A stretch of 64,000 nt of DNA from NCBI GenBank assembly GCA_026986575.1, contig JALSOH010000009.1, positions 1 to 64,000 on the forward strand, in the 5' to 3' direction. This stretch comes from Thermoproteota archaeon. Its GTDB lineage: Archaea; Korarchaeota; Korarchaeia; Korarchaeales; Korarchaeaceae. Shown here piece after piece: positions 39,061 to 48,948 of this stretch. Under the pieces are notes generated by a model. That model searched no databases. It was not told the origin of the DNA and was given only the letters and a program-made list of their open reading frames with translations. The position numbers and the translations under genes are program-made. Each line of letters opens with the position of its first letter. The stretch's first letter is position 1.

Positions 39061-39975
39061 CTAAGTTCCCTCATTTCCCCTCTTGGATGTGAGGAAAGCC
39101 CAAGCGAGTATGACCAGTATCAGCACTAGGGACAGTCCAGTAGGCAGGTGAATACCGAAGGCAGTGAGCAGGAAGGCCACTCCTAGATAGAGCAAGTATA
39201 CGGCTAGCCCCTTGCCCAAATTCTCTAGGCGCTTGACTCCATGTTCCAAAACGAAGTAGAGGGATCTTAGACCCAGAACCGCGAGTATGTTGGACGTGTA
39301 GGCCGTGAAGAACTCCCTAGTTATCGCGAGAACTGCGGGCACGGAATCGAAGGCGAACATTATATCGGTAGTCTCTATAGCTAGGAGCACGAGCACCAAG
39401 GGGGTGAACACCCTCCTGCCGCTCCTGACTACGATGAACCGGTCTCCCTCATACTCGTGGGTCAGGGGGAGGAACCTCTTAGCCAGCTGAACGACCTTAT
39501 TCTTACCCGGATCTACGCTCTCTGCGCCGCTCTTAGCCATCTTGTATCCGGAGTATATCAGTATGGCGCCGAACACGTACACCATCCAGTGGTACCTCTC
39601 CAGAAGCGCAACGCCTACGATTATGAATAACCCCCTGAAGAGGGCGGCGAATATTATACCTAACAGGAGGACGAAGGGCCTTGAGTGATACGGCACGGAG
39701 AAGTAGGTGAATATTGCTAGGAAGACGAACACGTTGTCCATTGACAGCGTGTACTCGGTTACATAGGCTGTTATGTACTTGATGAACTCCTCCAGACCGT
39801 AAATGTCCAGAATAAAAACGGAAAAAGCTAGTCCGATTGATATCCAGATAGCCACCCATTTTAAACTATCCTTCAACGTGACCTCTGTCTTCTTGTAGTG
39901 TCTGAGGTCCAAGTAGAGGAAGACCACGATCATCGCGTGGAATGCTATCCAGAAGGTGGGAGAGGTCACCTCCAT
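39061..39975 (-). CDS. TerC/Alx family membrane protein
   Basis: EYTLSMDNVFVF, IETTDIMFAFDSVPA, SNILAVLGLRSLYF. Confidence 0.92.
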   Translation of the reverse strand: MEVTSPTFWIAFHAMIVVFLYLDLRHYKKTEVTLKDSLKWVAIWISIGLAFSVFILDIYGLEEFIKYITAYVTEYTLSMDNVFVFLAIFTYFSVPYHSRPFVLLLGIIFAALFRGLFIIVGVALLERYHWMVYVFGAILIYSGYKMAKSGAESVDPGKNKVVQLAKRFLPLTHEYEGDRFIVVRSGRRVFTPLVLVLLAIETTDIMFAFDSVPAVLAITREFFTAYTSNILAVLGLRSLYFVLEHGVKRLENLGKGLAVYLLYLGVAFLLTAFGIHLPTGLSLVLILVILAWAFLTSKRGNEGT

Positions 39976-40159
39976 TTCAATCCATTAGCCCGAATGAGGC
40001 TCTATTAAAAAGTTAATTGGGGAAAGGGGAGAATGAGCCGCGGAAATTGGTTGAGACGTTGAGAGGGGCTGTCCAGTCGCTTCGGAAAGGCTTTCACTTC
40101 TAATATGAAAATTTATTCATCCATAATTAGCTCGAAGGAAAAAATAGGGAGGGTATGTC

Positions 40160-41662
40160 TCAGCCACCTAGGAACTGGACGTTGAGGTAGAGAGCGAAGG
40201 CGTAGGTAAACATTATGGCGCTTATGAGCATGAAGATGAATGGTATCCACGAGGGCCTGACCACCTTGCCGGCCGGGTGTATCTTAGGCAGCATGTACCA
40301 GTTCTGGTAGAGGAAGAGCCAAGTGTAGATCACCATTATGAACATGTTGGTGACACCGGTGAGTATTATCAGGAAGCCCGGCCTCTGGAGCAGCACAGTT
40401 ATCGCTCCTATCACCGTATATATGGTTATCAGGTAGTAGTAGATCTTCCTGTACTCTATCTTCTCGGGCACGCCCGGTAAGGTGTAGGCGTTGCTGGCGA
40501 ATATCCTACCGACTCCGTCCAAAGCGGTTATGTAGGCATCGACCAAGAAGAAGAACCCTATCAGGTAGAGAGCAGCCCTTCCTGCATCTCCCCAGAGGTG
40601 ACCGAACCACTCGGCCTGCACGACCACCAATTTAAAGCCCTTAGGCAGCGCTTCAGCTCCCTTCTGGAGGTATTCTGGTCTGAGGACGGCATAGGTCAGC
40701 AGGGTCGTGAGCACTATCGTGAGGGTGTTCAACGCGACTCCGAATAGGTTGTCAACCCAGAGCCAAGTCATCCAATCCTTCCATCTCTTCCTGTTCTCTG
40801 GCGTGTCAGGGAAAGCTACTCCGACTCCGGGTATGGGCTCTGGCTCACCAGTTATGGGGCTGGTCACCCTGCCTATGTGGGCAGACATACCGGCGTTCTT
40901 GTCTCTAACCCAGAAGCTGTACAGGAGGTTCCATATACCTCCAGCTCCCGTGTAGGCTATCAGCGTTATGAAGATGCCCATGTCAGCCTTGTCGAAGTTG
41001 GAAGGAAGTAGGTTGAATCCTTGGCTGAAGGGTATCAGGGCGGGGAAGTACTCGCCAACGACCTTACCTACGGCAGGCGAGAAGAGCACGACGAGAAGCA
41101 TGCCGCCGAATGACACTATAGCAGCTAAGCTCTCTATGTACTCCACTATCTTGTAGGCCACGGGACCTATCATGAACATGACCCAAATGAGGAAGATCGC
41201 CACTTCGGACCAGAACCTGGTCTGGCCTGCAGCATCCCATCCCGGTGGGAACTTTGTGAGCGCAGCTAATGCGGTCGCACCGCCTGATACATAGCCTCCT
41301 ACCCACAGATAGACCACGAGAGCCACGAAGAAGGCGAACCATCCGTAGAGCCTATTAACCCTGTGGAATCCCTCGAATATGGACTCACCAGTGGCCATGG
41401 TATACCTAGCAATCTCTAGGTTGACCCAGTACTGGAGGGAGGCGTAGAAGAGGAGCCATCCGAGGAAGAAGAGGCCGTACTTGGCCACCATGTAGGGCCA
41501 CCATATGAGCTCTCCGCTTCCTTGGGAGAGCCCTGCCCACACCAAGCCCGGTCCGAACATCGCAGCCCATCCTGGGAAGTCTGGGAGATCCTTCACGTCA
41601 AAGGGCTTAGTGAATCTCCCAAAAATGAGGCTTCCACCTTCCTCCTTAGCCATAGATAGCAC
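40160..41662 (-). CDS. Nramp-related (APC fold) transporter of unknown substrate
   Basis: GPGLVWAGLSQGSGELIWWP, EIARYTMATGESI; about 11 TM helices. Confidence 0.78.
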   Translation of the reverse strand: MLSMAKEEGGSLIFGRFTKPFDVKDLPDFPGWAAMFGPGLVWAGLSQGSGELIWWPYMVAKYGLFFLGWLLFYASLQYWVNLEIARYTMATGESIFEGFHRVNRLYGWFAFFVALVVYLWVGGYVSGGATALAALTKFPPGWDAAGQTRFWSEVAIFLIWVMFMIGPVAYKIVEYIESLAAIVSFGGMLLVVLFSPAVGKVVGEYFPALIPFSQGFNLLPSNFDKADMGIFITLIAYTGAGGIWNLLYSFWVRDKNAGMSAHIGRVTSPITGEPEPIPGVGVAFPDTPENRKRWKDWMTWLWVDNLFGVALNTLTIVLTTLLTYAVLRPEYLQKGAEALPKGFKLVVVQAEWFGHLWGDAGRAALYLIGFFFLVDAYITALDGVGRIFASNAYTLPGVPEKIEYRKIYYYLITIYTVIGAITVLLQRPGFLIILTGVTNMFIMVIYTWLFLYQNWYMLPKIHPAGKVVRPSWIPFIFMLISAIMFTYAFALYLNVQFLGG

Positions 41663-41942
41663 CCTGTCTGTTGTCTAACATTCCTTAGGCAATTAATATA
41701 AAGATGGCTCTCCGGTCCCCGCTGAGCCCAAGGCCAAGCTTCAGGAACCGTTGCTCGAAATGGCCATCTTTTTAACGTTAAGTTTCAGCATTAACTCCTC
41801 CTAAATCTTATCAATATATGTTGTAATATCTGGGGTATGATGATTATTAAAATGAAAAGACGCCCTAATAGAAACATATATGTTTCATGGAGTATCCGAG
41901 CAAAGATTAATATCGTTTCCGGCCCTTATCCGCGGTGATGAT

Positions 41943-42290
41943 ATGTATAAGATGGTTAGGAGGGTCGAGGCCAAGCCATATGAGACCTGGCCGGGCGTCA
42001 CTCGGAGAGCCCTCGCGCTGGGTGAGAAAATACTCCTCTTGGAGATTTCACTGGGGAAAGGGGCAGTAGCGCCTGCTCACTCCCATCCTAACGAGCAGTC
42101 AGGTTACATCGTGAGAGGAAGGCTCAGGATAAGGATAGGAAGCGAGACGCATGAGCTTAATCCAGGTGATGCCTACATAATCCCCCCTTATGTTGAGCAC
42201 GAGGCGGAGGCTATGGAGGACACGGTAGTGGTTGAGGTGTTCTCTCCCCCTCACGAGCTCCTGAAGAAAGATCTAACGGGTGAGGTGTGA
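41943..42290 (+). CDS. Cupin (KdgF-like)
   Basis: HSHPNEQSGY...IPPYVEH...VEVFSPP. Confidence 0.85.
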   Translation: MYKMVRRVEAKPYETWPGVTRRALALGEKILLLEISLGKGAVAPAHSHPNEQSGYIVRGRLRIRIGSETHELNPGDAYIIPPYVEHEAEAMEDTVVVEVFSPPHELLKKDLTGEV

Positions 42291-42709
42291 TTATGCCTAA
42301 GTATGTGGTTAGCCCTGAGGAGATTACTGGTGGCGCTCCCATGGAGAAGGGGGCTGGTGAGAGGAAACCCGTGAGGGACCTGAAGATAATATATCCGGAG
42401 AACGTGGATCCGGATCCCAAGACCCTCATTCTGGGAGTGGTGGAGGTAGATCCGGGCCATCACACCCCCTTGCACAGGCATAGGTGCGAGGAGGTTTACT
42501 ACATCCTGCAAGGGGAGGGAGAAGTGGAAATAGAAGGCCAGAAGTATCCGGTGAAGGCCGGTTACGGAGTTTTCCTGCCTGAGGGTGTGAGGCACAGGAT
42601 TCACAACACCGGGAAGGAGGTGCTCAGGTATGTGGCAGTTGGCGGTATAATGATGGTCCCCTTAGTACCTAAATGGCCTACAGAGTCTCCCTACGAGATA
42701 CTGGAGTGA
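42287..42709 (+). CDS. Cupin_2 protein
   Basis: HRHRCEEVYYILQGEG...PEGVRHRIHNTG. Confidence 0.88.
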   Translation: MIMPKYVVSPEEITGGAPMEKGAGERKPVRDLKIIYPENVDPDPKTLILGVVEVDPGHHTPLHRHRCEEVYYILQGEGEVEIEGQKYPVKAGYGVFLPEGVRHRIHNTGKEVLRYVAVGGIMMVPLVPKWPTESPYEILE

Positions 42710-42730
42710 TTAGTCACCATCTACCTTTTT

Positions 42731-43228
42731 ATGTGTGGTGGGGAGGTCCGCTGGATGTACAAGGCTCCCCCGAAATTCATCTACGTAAGGTGGATAGGTC
42801 TGCTCTGTACCCTAGTACCGATGATCGCCTTTCTCGTGGTTACTGTACTATCGAGCGGATACCACGGGGTTCCCTATACCTTGGCTAGCTTCCTACCCCT
42901 GCTCGTCCTCTCATACTACCTCGATAGGATAGTAGGGGCTCTTCCCCTTCCGGAGAGGCTCAGGCACCCCTATTTATTGATTGCACTAGCTTGGCTCTTG
43001 GCTTATCCCTTGGCTAGGCTAATGATCACTGAGCCCATGCTGATAGTCCTAGGATATCCCACCTTGGCCTTCAACGGATTGATGGGCGCCCTACTGATAC
43101 TTCTGGGATTGGCTTTCTTAGGGTTCGCGTACGGGACCTTCTTCTACACAGCATACATAACAATCTTCAGGATCTATCTCAAGAGGAAGCTGAAAAAAGG
43201 AGAGGTACCTAAGGAGCTCACCGAGTGA
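42731..43228 (+). CDS. 4-TM hypothetical membrane protein
   Basis: Hydrophobic segments; follows the cupins. Confidence 0.7.
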   Translation: MCGGEVRWMYKAPPKFIYVRWIGLLCTLVPMIAFLVVTVLSSGYHGVPYTLASFLPLLVLSYYLDRIVGALPLPERLRHPYLLIALAWLLAYPLARLMITEPMLIVLGYPTLAFNGLMGALLILLGLAFLGFAYGTFFYTAYITIFRIYLKRKLKKGEVPKELTE

Positions 43229-44873
43229 TGCTCAGATCAGGTCTCATCACGGCCCCGACATCAGCTGAGGCTGCCAGCATGGAGTAAATTGCTAGGAACC
43301 CACTCTCTTTTTGAGGAGGTGGCGTCCACCTCTTTCTCCTCTCCTCCAGCTCGTCTTCGTCCACCAAGAGGTCGAGCCTCCTGTTCGGTACATCTATGAG
43401 GATTTCGTCACCCTCCTCTACTAAAGCTATTGGCCCACCCTCAGCAGCTTCTGGTGAGACATGTCCTATAGCTGGACCCCTCGTGGCCCCCGAGAACCTC
43501 CCATCTGTTATGAGGGCAACCCTCTTGAGTCCCATGCCCATTATAGTTGCGGTAGCCGTGAGCATCTCCCTCATCCCGGGACCCCCCTTCGGTCCCTCGT
43601 ACCTTATCACCACCACATCGCCCTCTGCTATCCTCCCGTCGAATATTGCCTGAACAGCATCCTCTTCCGAGTCAAAGGGCTTGGCTCTTCCCCTGAAGAC
43701 TAGCATCTCCGGGTCGACGGCGGTCTGCTTTATCACAGCTCCTCTCGGGGCCAATGATCCCCAGAGGATCGCTAGACCACCCTGCTCATGGTAAGGATCG
43801 CTCTTAGGCCTTATCACGTTCCTATTTCTTATCTCGGCCCTCTTCACTATTTCCGACCAAGTCTCCCCTGCGACAGTGAGCTGATCGAGGTGCATCAGCT
43901 CGGCCAGCTCCTTGAAGACAGCTGGCACACCGCCAGCGTAGTGGAGGTCCCGGACGTAGTGCGGGCCTGCAGGATTGAGGTTGGTGATGTGGGGCGTCTC
44001 TCTACTTATCTCGTCGAAGAGCTCTAAGGGGAGATCTACTCCTGCCTCCTTGGCTATCGCCATCAGGTGGAGCACCGCGTTAGTGGATCCACCTAGGGCC
44101 ACATCGACCCTTATGGCATTCTCGAAGGCCTTCCTCGTCATCAGATCCCTTGGCTTTATGCTCCTCCTCAACAGATCCATCACGGCCCTTCCAGCTGCTC
44201 TCCCAGCCCTGATCCTCTCCGCCGAGACGGCTGGTATGGTGGATGTCCACGGAAGAGCCATACCCAGAGCCTCGGCTGCTATGGCCATGGTGTTGGCCGT
44301 GTAAAGGCCCGCACAGGATCCGGGGCCAGGGACGGCCATGGATTCAATCCTCCTCAGTTCTTCCTCACTTATCTTCCCAGCTTTGTACTGACCAACGGCC
44401 TCGAACACGTGGCTGACCGCCATTTCCCTCCCATCCACCACTCCAGGCAACATGCACCCGCCATTGACTAGGACAGCAGGGATGTTGAGCCTAGCTGCCG
44501 CCATGAGCATTCCCGGGGTTATCTTGTCACACGAGGTTACCAGCACTAGGGCGTCGAAAGCGTGAGCCTTTGCCATCAGCTCAACACTACCGGCTATCAA
44601 CTCGCGGCTGGGAAGTGGAGCCTTCATGCCCTCGTGTCCCATAGCTATACCGTCGCATATCGCAATGGTGTTGAACTCCAGAGGAGTCCCACCAGCTTCC
44701 CTCACACCCTGCTTCACGGCCTCAGCCACTCTATCTAAATGAACGTGGCCAGGAACTATCTCATTCCACGAGTTAGCTATACCTATGAGGGGCTTACTGA
44801 GGTCCTCATCATCAAGACCTGCAGCCTTAAACAAGGATCTCTGGGGGGCCCTCTCTGGCCCCTCCGTTACCAT
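43218..44873 (-). CDS. ilvD: Dihydroxy-acid dehydratase (IlvD/Edd family)
   Basis: ICDGIAMGHEGM, CDKITPG, GSCAGLYTANTM, YEGPKGGPGMREML, TDGRFSG, GHVSPEA. Confidence 0.92.
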   Translation of the reverse strand: MVTEGPERAPQRSLFKAAGLDDEDLSKPLIGIANSWNEIVPGHVHLDRVAEAVKQGVREAGGTPLEFNTIAICDGIAMGHEGMKAPLPSRELIAGSVELMAKAHAFDALVLVTSCDKITPGMLMAAARLNIPAVLVNGGCMLPGVVDGREMAVSHVFEAVGQYKAGKISEEELRRIESMAVPGPGSCAGLYTANTMAIAAEALGMALPWTSTIPAVSAERIRAGRAAGRAVMDLLRRSIKPRDLMTRKAFENAIRVDVALGGSTNAVLHLMAIAKEAGVDLPLELFDEISRETPHITNLNPAGPHYVRDLHYAGGVPAVFKELAELMHLDQLTVAGETWSEIVKRAEIRNRNVIRPKSDPYHEQGGLAILWGSLAPRGAVIKQTAVDPEMLVFRGRAKPFDSEEDAVQAIFDGRIAEGDVVVIRYEGPKGGPGMREMLTATATIMGMGLKRVALITDGRFSGATRGPAIGHVSPEAAEGGPIALVEEGDEILIDVPNRRLDLLVDEDELEERRKRWTPPPQKESGFLAIYSMLAASADVGAVMRPDLSITR

Positions 44874-45204
44874 CCGGCTTCTCCACTTGAGATCCAGGGA
44901 AACACCCTAGGAGAGAGACCGGAGTTAGATATAGCTTTTTTGTGCGGGCTAGAAGCTACTTTTCAGCGAACTGATCTCTCAGAGGTCGAGCAAATATATG
45001 ACAGCTACAGTGGCTAATCGGCGTAATACTCTCATCGATTTTTAATTGGTATGTAACATTAATCCCGAACTGTCGAGCGGATATTTCAATCTATGTTTGT
45101 GAAAAAGCGTGATTTTCACGCCGGTTTTATATTTAACTGCCTTGGATGAGCAAATTATTTATTTAGCTTGTCTCGATAATTTTTTTCAGGAGGTGGGAAG
45201 TAAA

Positions 45205-46209
45205 GTGAAGTTAAGTAGGATCACTGTCTTCCTCGCCGCTGCGCTACTGGTGTCGAGCTACGCTCTGGCATCGGCTTCTCCCGTTAAACCTCCCACTGCG
45301 ACCATACTTCCTCCCCCAATACAGCTGCCGACCCCCGTACCGATACCGATAATCACTGTAACCAAGACGGAGCCTACCGTGACCATACCCAAGCCTCCAA
45401 TCACGATAATACCTATACCAACCGTCACTATTCAGCCGACCACCGCGACCTTCAGGAAGTTACATGAGGTGATCATCGAAGTGGATCCTCCCTATGCGGG
45501 GGAGGTGAAGCCCCTCGGCCAAGGAAAGCACTCCATGAAAGAGGGTAAGAGGATAGTCCTGAGGGCCGTTCCCAACGCCGGATATAAGTTCGACCACTGG
45601 ACGCTAGATGGTCATCGCAAAGTATACAGCAGGGTACTCAGGTTGCAGGTCAAGAAGGATCATGTGATCGTTGCTCACTTCGTCAAGGCCTCAAGTAGTA
45701 CTAGGAGCCCCCCTAAAATACCCACTGGATCACCATCTCCCGCAAGGGAAAGTTCCCCGGCCGGGTGCATCCTACCCAGCGACTTTCCGAAGTCTATGGC
45801 TTACTCCGGTATGTACGCTGATCTGCTGTACAACGAGGACCTGCTAGCGGGATTCGGAGAGGGAGTTGCGGGCAAGGTCATAATAGGGAGGGAGGCAGTG
45901 AGACCGCAACCCTGGCACAGTTACGGTGTGGAGATGGGCGACCTGATCCTGCGGGTTAATGGGACTAGGTACAGGGCGAGCTTCGGCTCTGAGGACTACG
46001 GCATAATATACCTTAAGTGTGAGGGCGGCCAACTCACCATAAGAGTCGCCGGATTGACTAGGTACGGCACCAGAGCGGCGCTGCTTTACCTCCTCAACCA
46101 TCCGGAGGTTGTGAACGGCAAGGTGCTTATCGTCCTAGAGTGGAAGGACTCTAACTCCAACAGAAAAGTTGAGTTGGAGGAGGTACTCCCCTTGGTATCG
46201 GTACCCTGA
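45205..46209 (+). CDS. Secreted surface protein: Pro/Thr/Ile-rich stalk, InlB-B-repeat-like domain, S-layer-like C-terminal domain
   Basis: Signal peptide after a GGAGGTG RBS; PTVTIP-like repeats; AVPNAGYKFDHW; DYGIIY...VAGLTRYGTRAA. Confidence 0.75.
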   Translation: MKLSRITVFLAAALLVSSYALASASPVKPPTATILPPPIQLPTPVPIPIITVTKTEPTVTIPKPPITIIPIPTVTIQPTTATFRKLHEVIIEVDPPYAGEVKPLGQGKHSMKEGKRIVLRAVPNAGYKFDHWTLDGHRKVYSRVLRLQVKKDHVIVAHFVKASSSTRSPPKIPTGSPSPARESSPAGCILPSDFPKSMAYSGMYADLLYNEDLLAGFGEGVAGKVIIGREAVRPQPWHSYGVEMGDLILRVNGTRYRASFGSEDYGIIYLKCEGGQLTIRVAGLTRYGTRAALLYLLNHPEVVNGKVLIVLEWKDSNSNRKVELEEVLPLVSVP

Positions 46210-46213
46210 TCCC

Positions 46214-47032
46214 TCATACCTCCTCCATCATCTTCTCTATCCACGATTTTTCTCTCCTAACTCTCAGACCCCTGAACCTAGCGAGAGCGTCAAGTATCTT
46301 GGTCTGGCCCAAGAGCAAGACTAAGGAGACAGCCATGTAGAGGAGGTTCAAGGCCCATCCTTTCATGAGGGAGAGGTAGGTTTCATAGATCCCTAGGGGC
46401 TCCTCTATTAACGCCATTGGAACCAGCTCAAGGAGGAACTCGCCTGCCAAGTTAATGAATCCTATGATGGCCGTCCCTATTATGAAGCTCAGGACCCTCA
46501 GACTCTTCGTTCTCCTATATATCATGGCAAATAGTACCTCACCAGCTAGGGCTATGACGAAGAGTATGGAGATTCCAAAGGTTACAGACACTCTCATAAT
46601 ATCAATAGACCTTACATATTCCAAGAAGACGGCCCTGAAGAGGTAATACGTGTAGAAGAGCACGTAGAAGACGAAGAGGAATATCATCGTTGGAACTAGG
46701 TAGAAAACCCTGAACTCCATTAGGTATACCGCAAGCGTAGCTACTGCTGCGGATGATAGGAGGAGGAAGCTCAGAGCTAGGAACCAGCTGAATATCTTCA
46801 CTGTGGTCTCGGCGTAAACCAGAAAGACGCTCCTGTTTAACCAGTAGTAAAATACCAAGGAGAACTCTGAGAGGGCAAAGACTAGGAATGTGCTCAGAGA
46901 GAGGAGTAACCTCCTTTCTCTTGTCCGGAGTATCTCCGCGAATATGTAAAGAGAGATCGCTATCTCGGATACCAATCCCACCAAATGGGCTAGGGGATAG
47001 GGACTCATCAGGATGGACAACAGGGGAGCCAA
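46214..47032 (-). CDS. Seven-TM integral membrane protein
   Basis: Seven hydrophobic segments counted by eye; GGAGGTGA RBS 11 nt after the upstream gene. Confidence 0.78.
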   Translation of the reverse strand: MAPLLSILMSPYPLAHLVGLVSEIAISLYIFAEILRTRERRLLLSLSTFLVFALSEFSLVFYYWLNRSVFLVYAETTVKIFSWFLALSFLLLSSAAVATLAVYLMEFRVFYLVPTMIFLFVFYVLFYTYYLFRAVFLEYVRSIDIMRVSVTFGISILFVIALAGEVLFAMIYRRTKSLRVLSFIIGTAIIGFINLAGEFLLELVPMALIEEPLGIYETYLSLMKGWALNLLYMAVSLVLLLGQTKILDALARFRGLRVRREKSWIEKMMEEV

Positions 47033-47043
47033 AGTATCACCTC

Positions 47044-47502
47044 CTACATGAAGAAGAGGCCCCTAGATCTCTCAAGGGCCTTATCTACTATTCCCCGATC
47101 GTATCTCTTCTCCTCTCCCGAGGCCTCATAGCTCTCAAGCGTCCTGAATATGTCTGGGAGTATACTCTTCAGGAGTTCCTTAGTCAGCGCCTTGTTCTCG
47201 CTCAACTGCCTGTAGACTTGAATCAGCCCACCTTCCAGCCTCGAGACATCACCCTGATTCTTAGAAACTGCTAGGAGGGACGCTATCCCCGCTCGCGGCC
47301 TCTCTCCTTCCAGCCTCATGGTTATACCAACGAAGTAGAACCCTCCATGGACAAACTTGACGATCTCCCCTCCCTTAGCTGAGAATGGGAAGGACCTAAG
47401 GGGGACCGTTCCCATCTCATCTGAGAAGCTCTTTGGATAGCCAGCAATGATCTCTAGACCTCCCGGCTCGAGCGAGGCGAGCAGTAGATACTCAAGCCCC
47501 AT
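47044..47502 (-). CDS. Hypothetical protein, uDENN/longin-like fold (inferred)
   Basis: LLLASLEPGGLEIIAGYP...VPLRSFP...GEIVKF...YFVGITM...ASLLAVS followed by helices; resembles the uDENN 'G..I...YP...FP' pattern. Confidence 0.6.
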   Translation of the reverse strand: MGLEYLLLASLEPGGLEIIAGYPKSFSDEMGTVPLRSFPFSAKGGEIVKFVHGGFYFVGITMRLEGERPRAGIASLLAVSKNQGDVSRLEGGLIQVYRQLSENKALTKELLKSILPDIFRTLESYEASGEEKRYDRGIVDKALERSRGLFFM

Positions 47503-47599
47503 AATCCTCCACTCTCAACTACTCTGGAATAATAAAAGGATACCAGCGTGTCAGATCACAGATGTTTCAGGAGAGCGAGGGCTTAGAAATACTCGTTGG

Positions 47600-48490
47600 T
47601 CACTCGGCGTACCTGGCCATCATGTCAATAAGAATGTCCTTCACTTTACTGTAGTCCTTGGTCTTCGATATGCTGTTGATCACATCCATTAAAAGGGCCC
47701 TGACTTTGCTCTCTGGGGACCTCTTTGGTATCAAGGCAGCTGCAAGCAGCCCCTTCTTGTAGGCTATCACGATCTTCCTGTCCTTCATTTCTATGGACTG
47801 GGGGATGTCCCTCAAGGCATCCTCCGTGTAGTTCTTAGTGAGGGATAGAAACGCGCTCAGAGTGAGGCTCCTAGATGAAGATGTCGACACCAGAGGGTTG
47901 CCATGCTCGTCGAGGATCACGAGCTCCTCGATCCTCATTGGATGAATGACTTCTCCACCGGTGAGCTGCTCGTAGAGCCAAGCGAACGCCTCAAACAATC
48001 CAAAGCCCGTAAGGGCGCTGGTCCATACCACCTGCCAAGGTATCCCTTCCAGCTTGGTCAGGTCGAAGTAGTCTATCACCTCCATGACCGTGGCAGCATC
48101 CTCCAGATCCGCCTTGTTGGCCAGCACTAGAAGGGGGATGTTCCTCTTCATCATCGAGATAACGTTCCAGAGCTCCGCCTTTGCCTCATCAAATCTCTCT
48201 CTATCGGCGGAGTCGATGACGAATATTATGGCATCTGCCTTCTCTGCGTACTCAGCCCAGATCCTTCGGAGGGACCTCTGTCCTCCAAGATCCCATACAT
48301 TAAATTCGAGGTTCCTGACTCTGAGCCTCTCGTAGTTCGCTCCCACCGTCGGTATCGTCGATCCAGGCTCTCCCTTCCTTAAGTAGTTCAGTAGGGTGGT
48401 CTTACCGGCCCCATCAAGTCCCAGAATGACCAGAGTTGCTGACCTCCTGAAGAGGCCCAGCAGATTTGAGATGAGTCTTCCGAAGGGCAT
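47600..48490 (-). CDS. Arf-family small GTPase fused to a C-terminal longin/roadblock-like domain
   Basis: GLDGAGKTT, TIPTVG, WDLGGQRSLRRIW, ANKAD, SALTG; N-terminal amphipathic helix; about 120-aa C-terminal domain IEELVILDEHGNPLVS...LSAFLSL...QSIEM.KIVI.LLAAAL. Confidence 0.92.
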   Translation of the reverse strand: MPFGRLISNLLGLFRRSATLVILGLDGAGKTTLLNYLRKGEPGSTIPTVGANYERLRVRNLEFNVWDLGGQRSLRRIWAEYAEKADAIIFVIDSADRERFDEAKAELWNVISMMKRNIPLLVLANKADLEDAATVMEVIDYFDLTKLEGIPWQVVWTSALTGFGLFEAFAWLYEQLTGGEVIHPMRIEELVILDEHGNPLVSTSSSRSLTLSAFLSLTKNYTEDALRDIPQSIEMKDRKIVIAYKKGLLAAALIPKRSPESKVRALLMDVINSISKTKDYSKVKDILIDMMARYAE

Positions 48491-48558
48491 CGGGATACTG
48501 TGGAGTGATATTCTAAAATAGTTTTTCTAGGGTAGGCAGCTCTTTTTGTAAAATATTT

Positions 48559-48948
48559 TTAATTAATCTCCGACCCATCGCCTCCAAGGTACGACCTGAG
48601 CTCCGATATCAGGTAGTCTATCTTCTCCTTCATGTCATTGTAATCCCTCACTCCAAGCCCCAGGTAGACATCCTTCCCTACTGTGGCAAGCACCATGCAA
48701 CCGTTCTCAGATCTCAGAAGGCACATATTGAAGCTTCCCAAGCCAGCGTGTTCTGAGAGAGACCGGGATATCTCGACTATGGCTGCGCTTGAGGCAAGGA
48801 AGAAATCCTTAACCATCTCCTCGGAGAGGGAATCGTAGAGAGATATCCCGTCGGGAGTGAACAGCCCTATAAAGAGCAAGTCCTCCCCCGCATCGTCCGC
48901 GAACCTCTCAAGTATGGCCCTGAATTCCTTAGTCAGCTCGGGCATCAT
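48559..48948 (-). CDS. Roadblock/LC7 (MglB-like) protein
   Basis: Helix-FIGLFTPDGISL-helix(LASSAAIVEISRSL)-GLGSFNMCLLRSENGCMVLATVGKDVYLGL-helix. Confidence 0.85.
   Translation of the reverse strand: MMPELTKEFRAILERFADDAGEDLLFIGLFTPDGISLYDSLSEEMVKDFFLASSAAIVEISRSLSEHAGLGSFNMCLLRSENGCMVLATVGKDVYLGLGVRDYNDMKEKIDYLISELRSYLGGDGSEIN

Noticed and set aside
47600-48490. Arf gene as eukaryotic contamination
   Set aside because: It is intronless, has the same AGG/ATA-rich codon style as its neighbours, sits in an operon-like cluster, lacks Gly2 and has a fused C-terminal domain. Read mapping would still be the decisive test.
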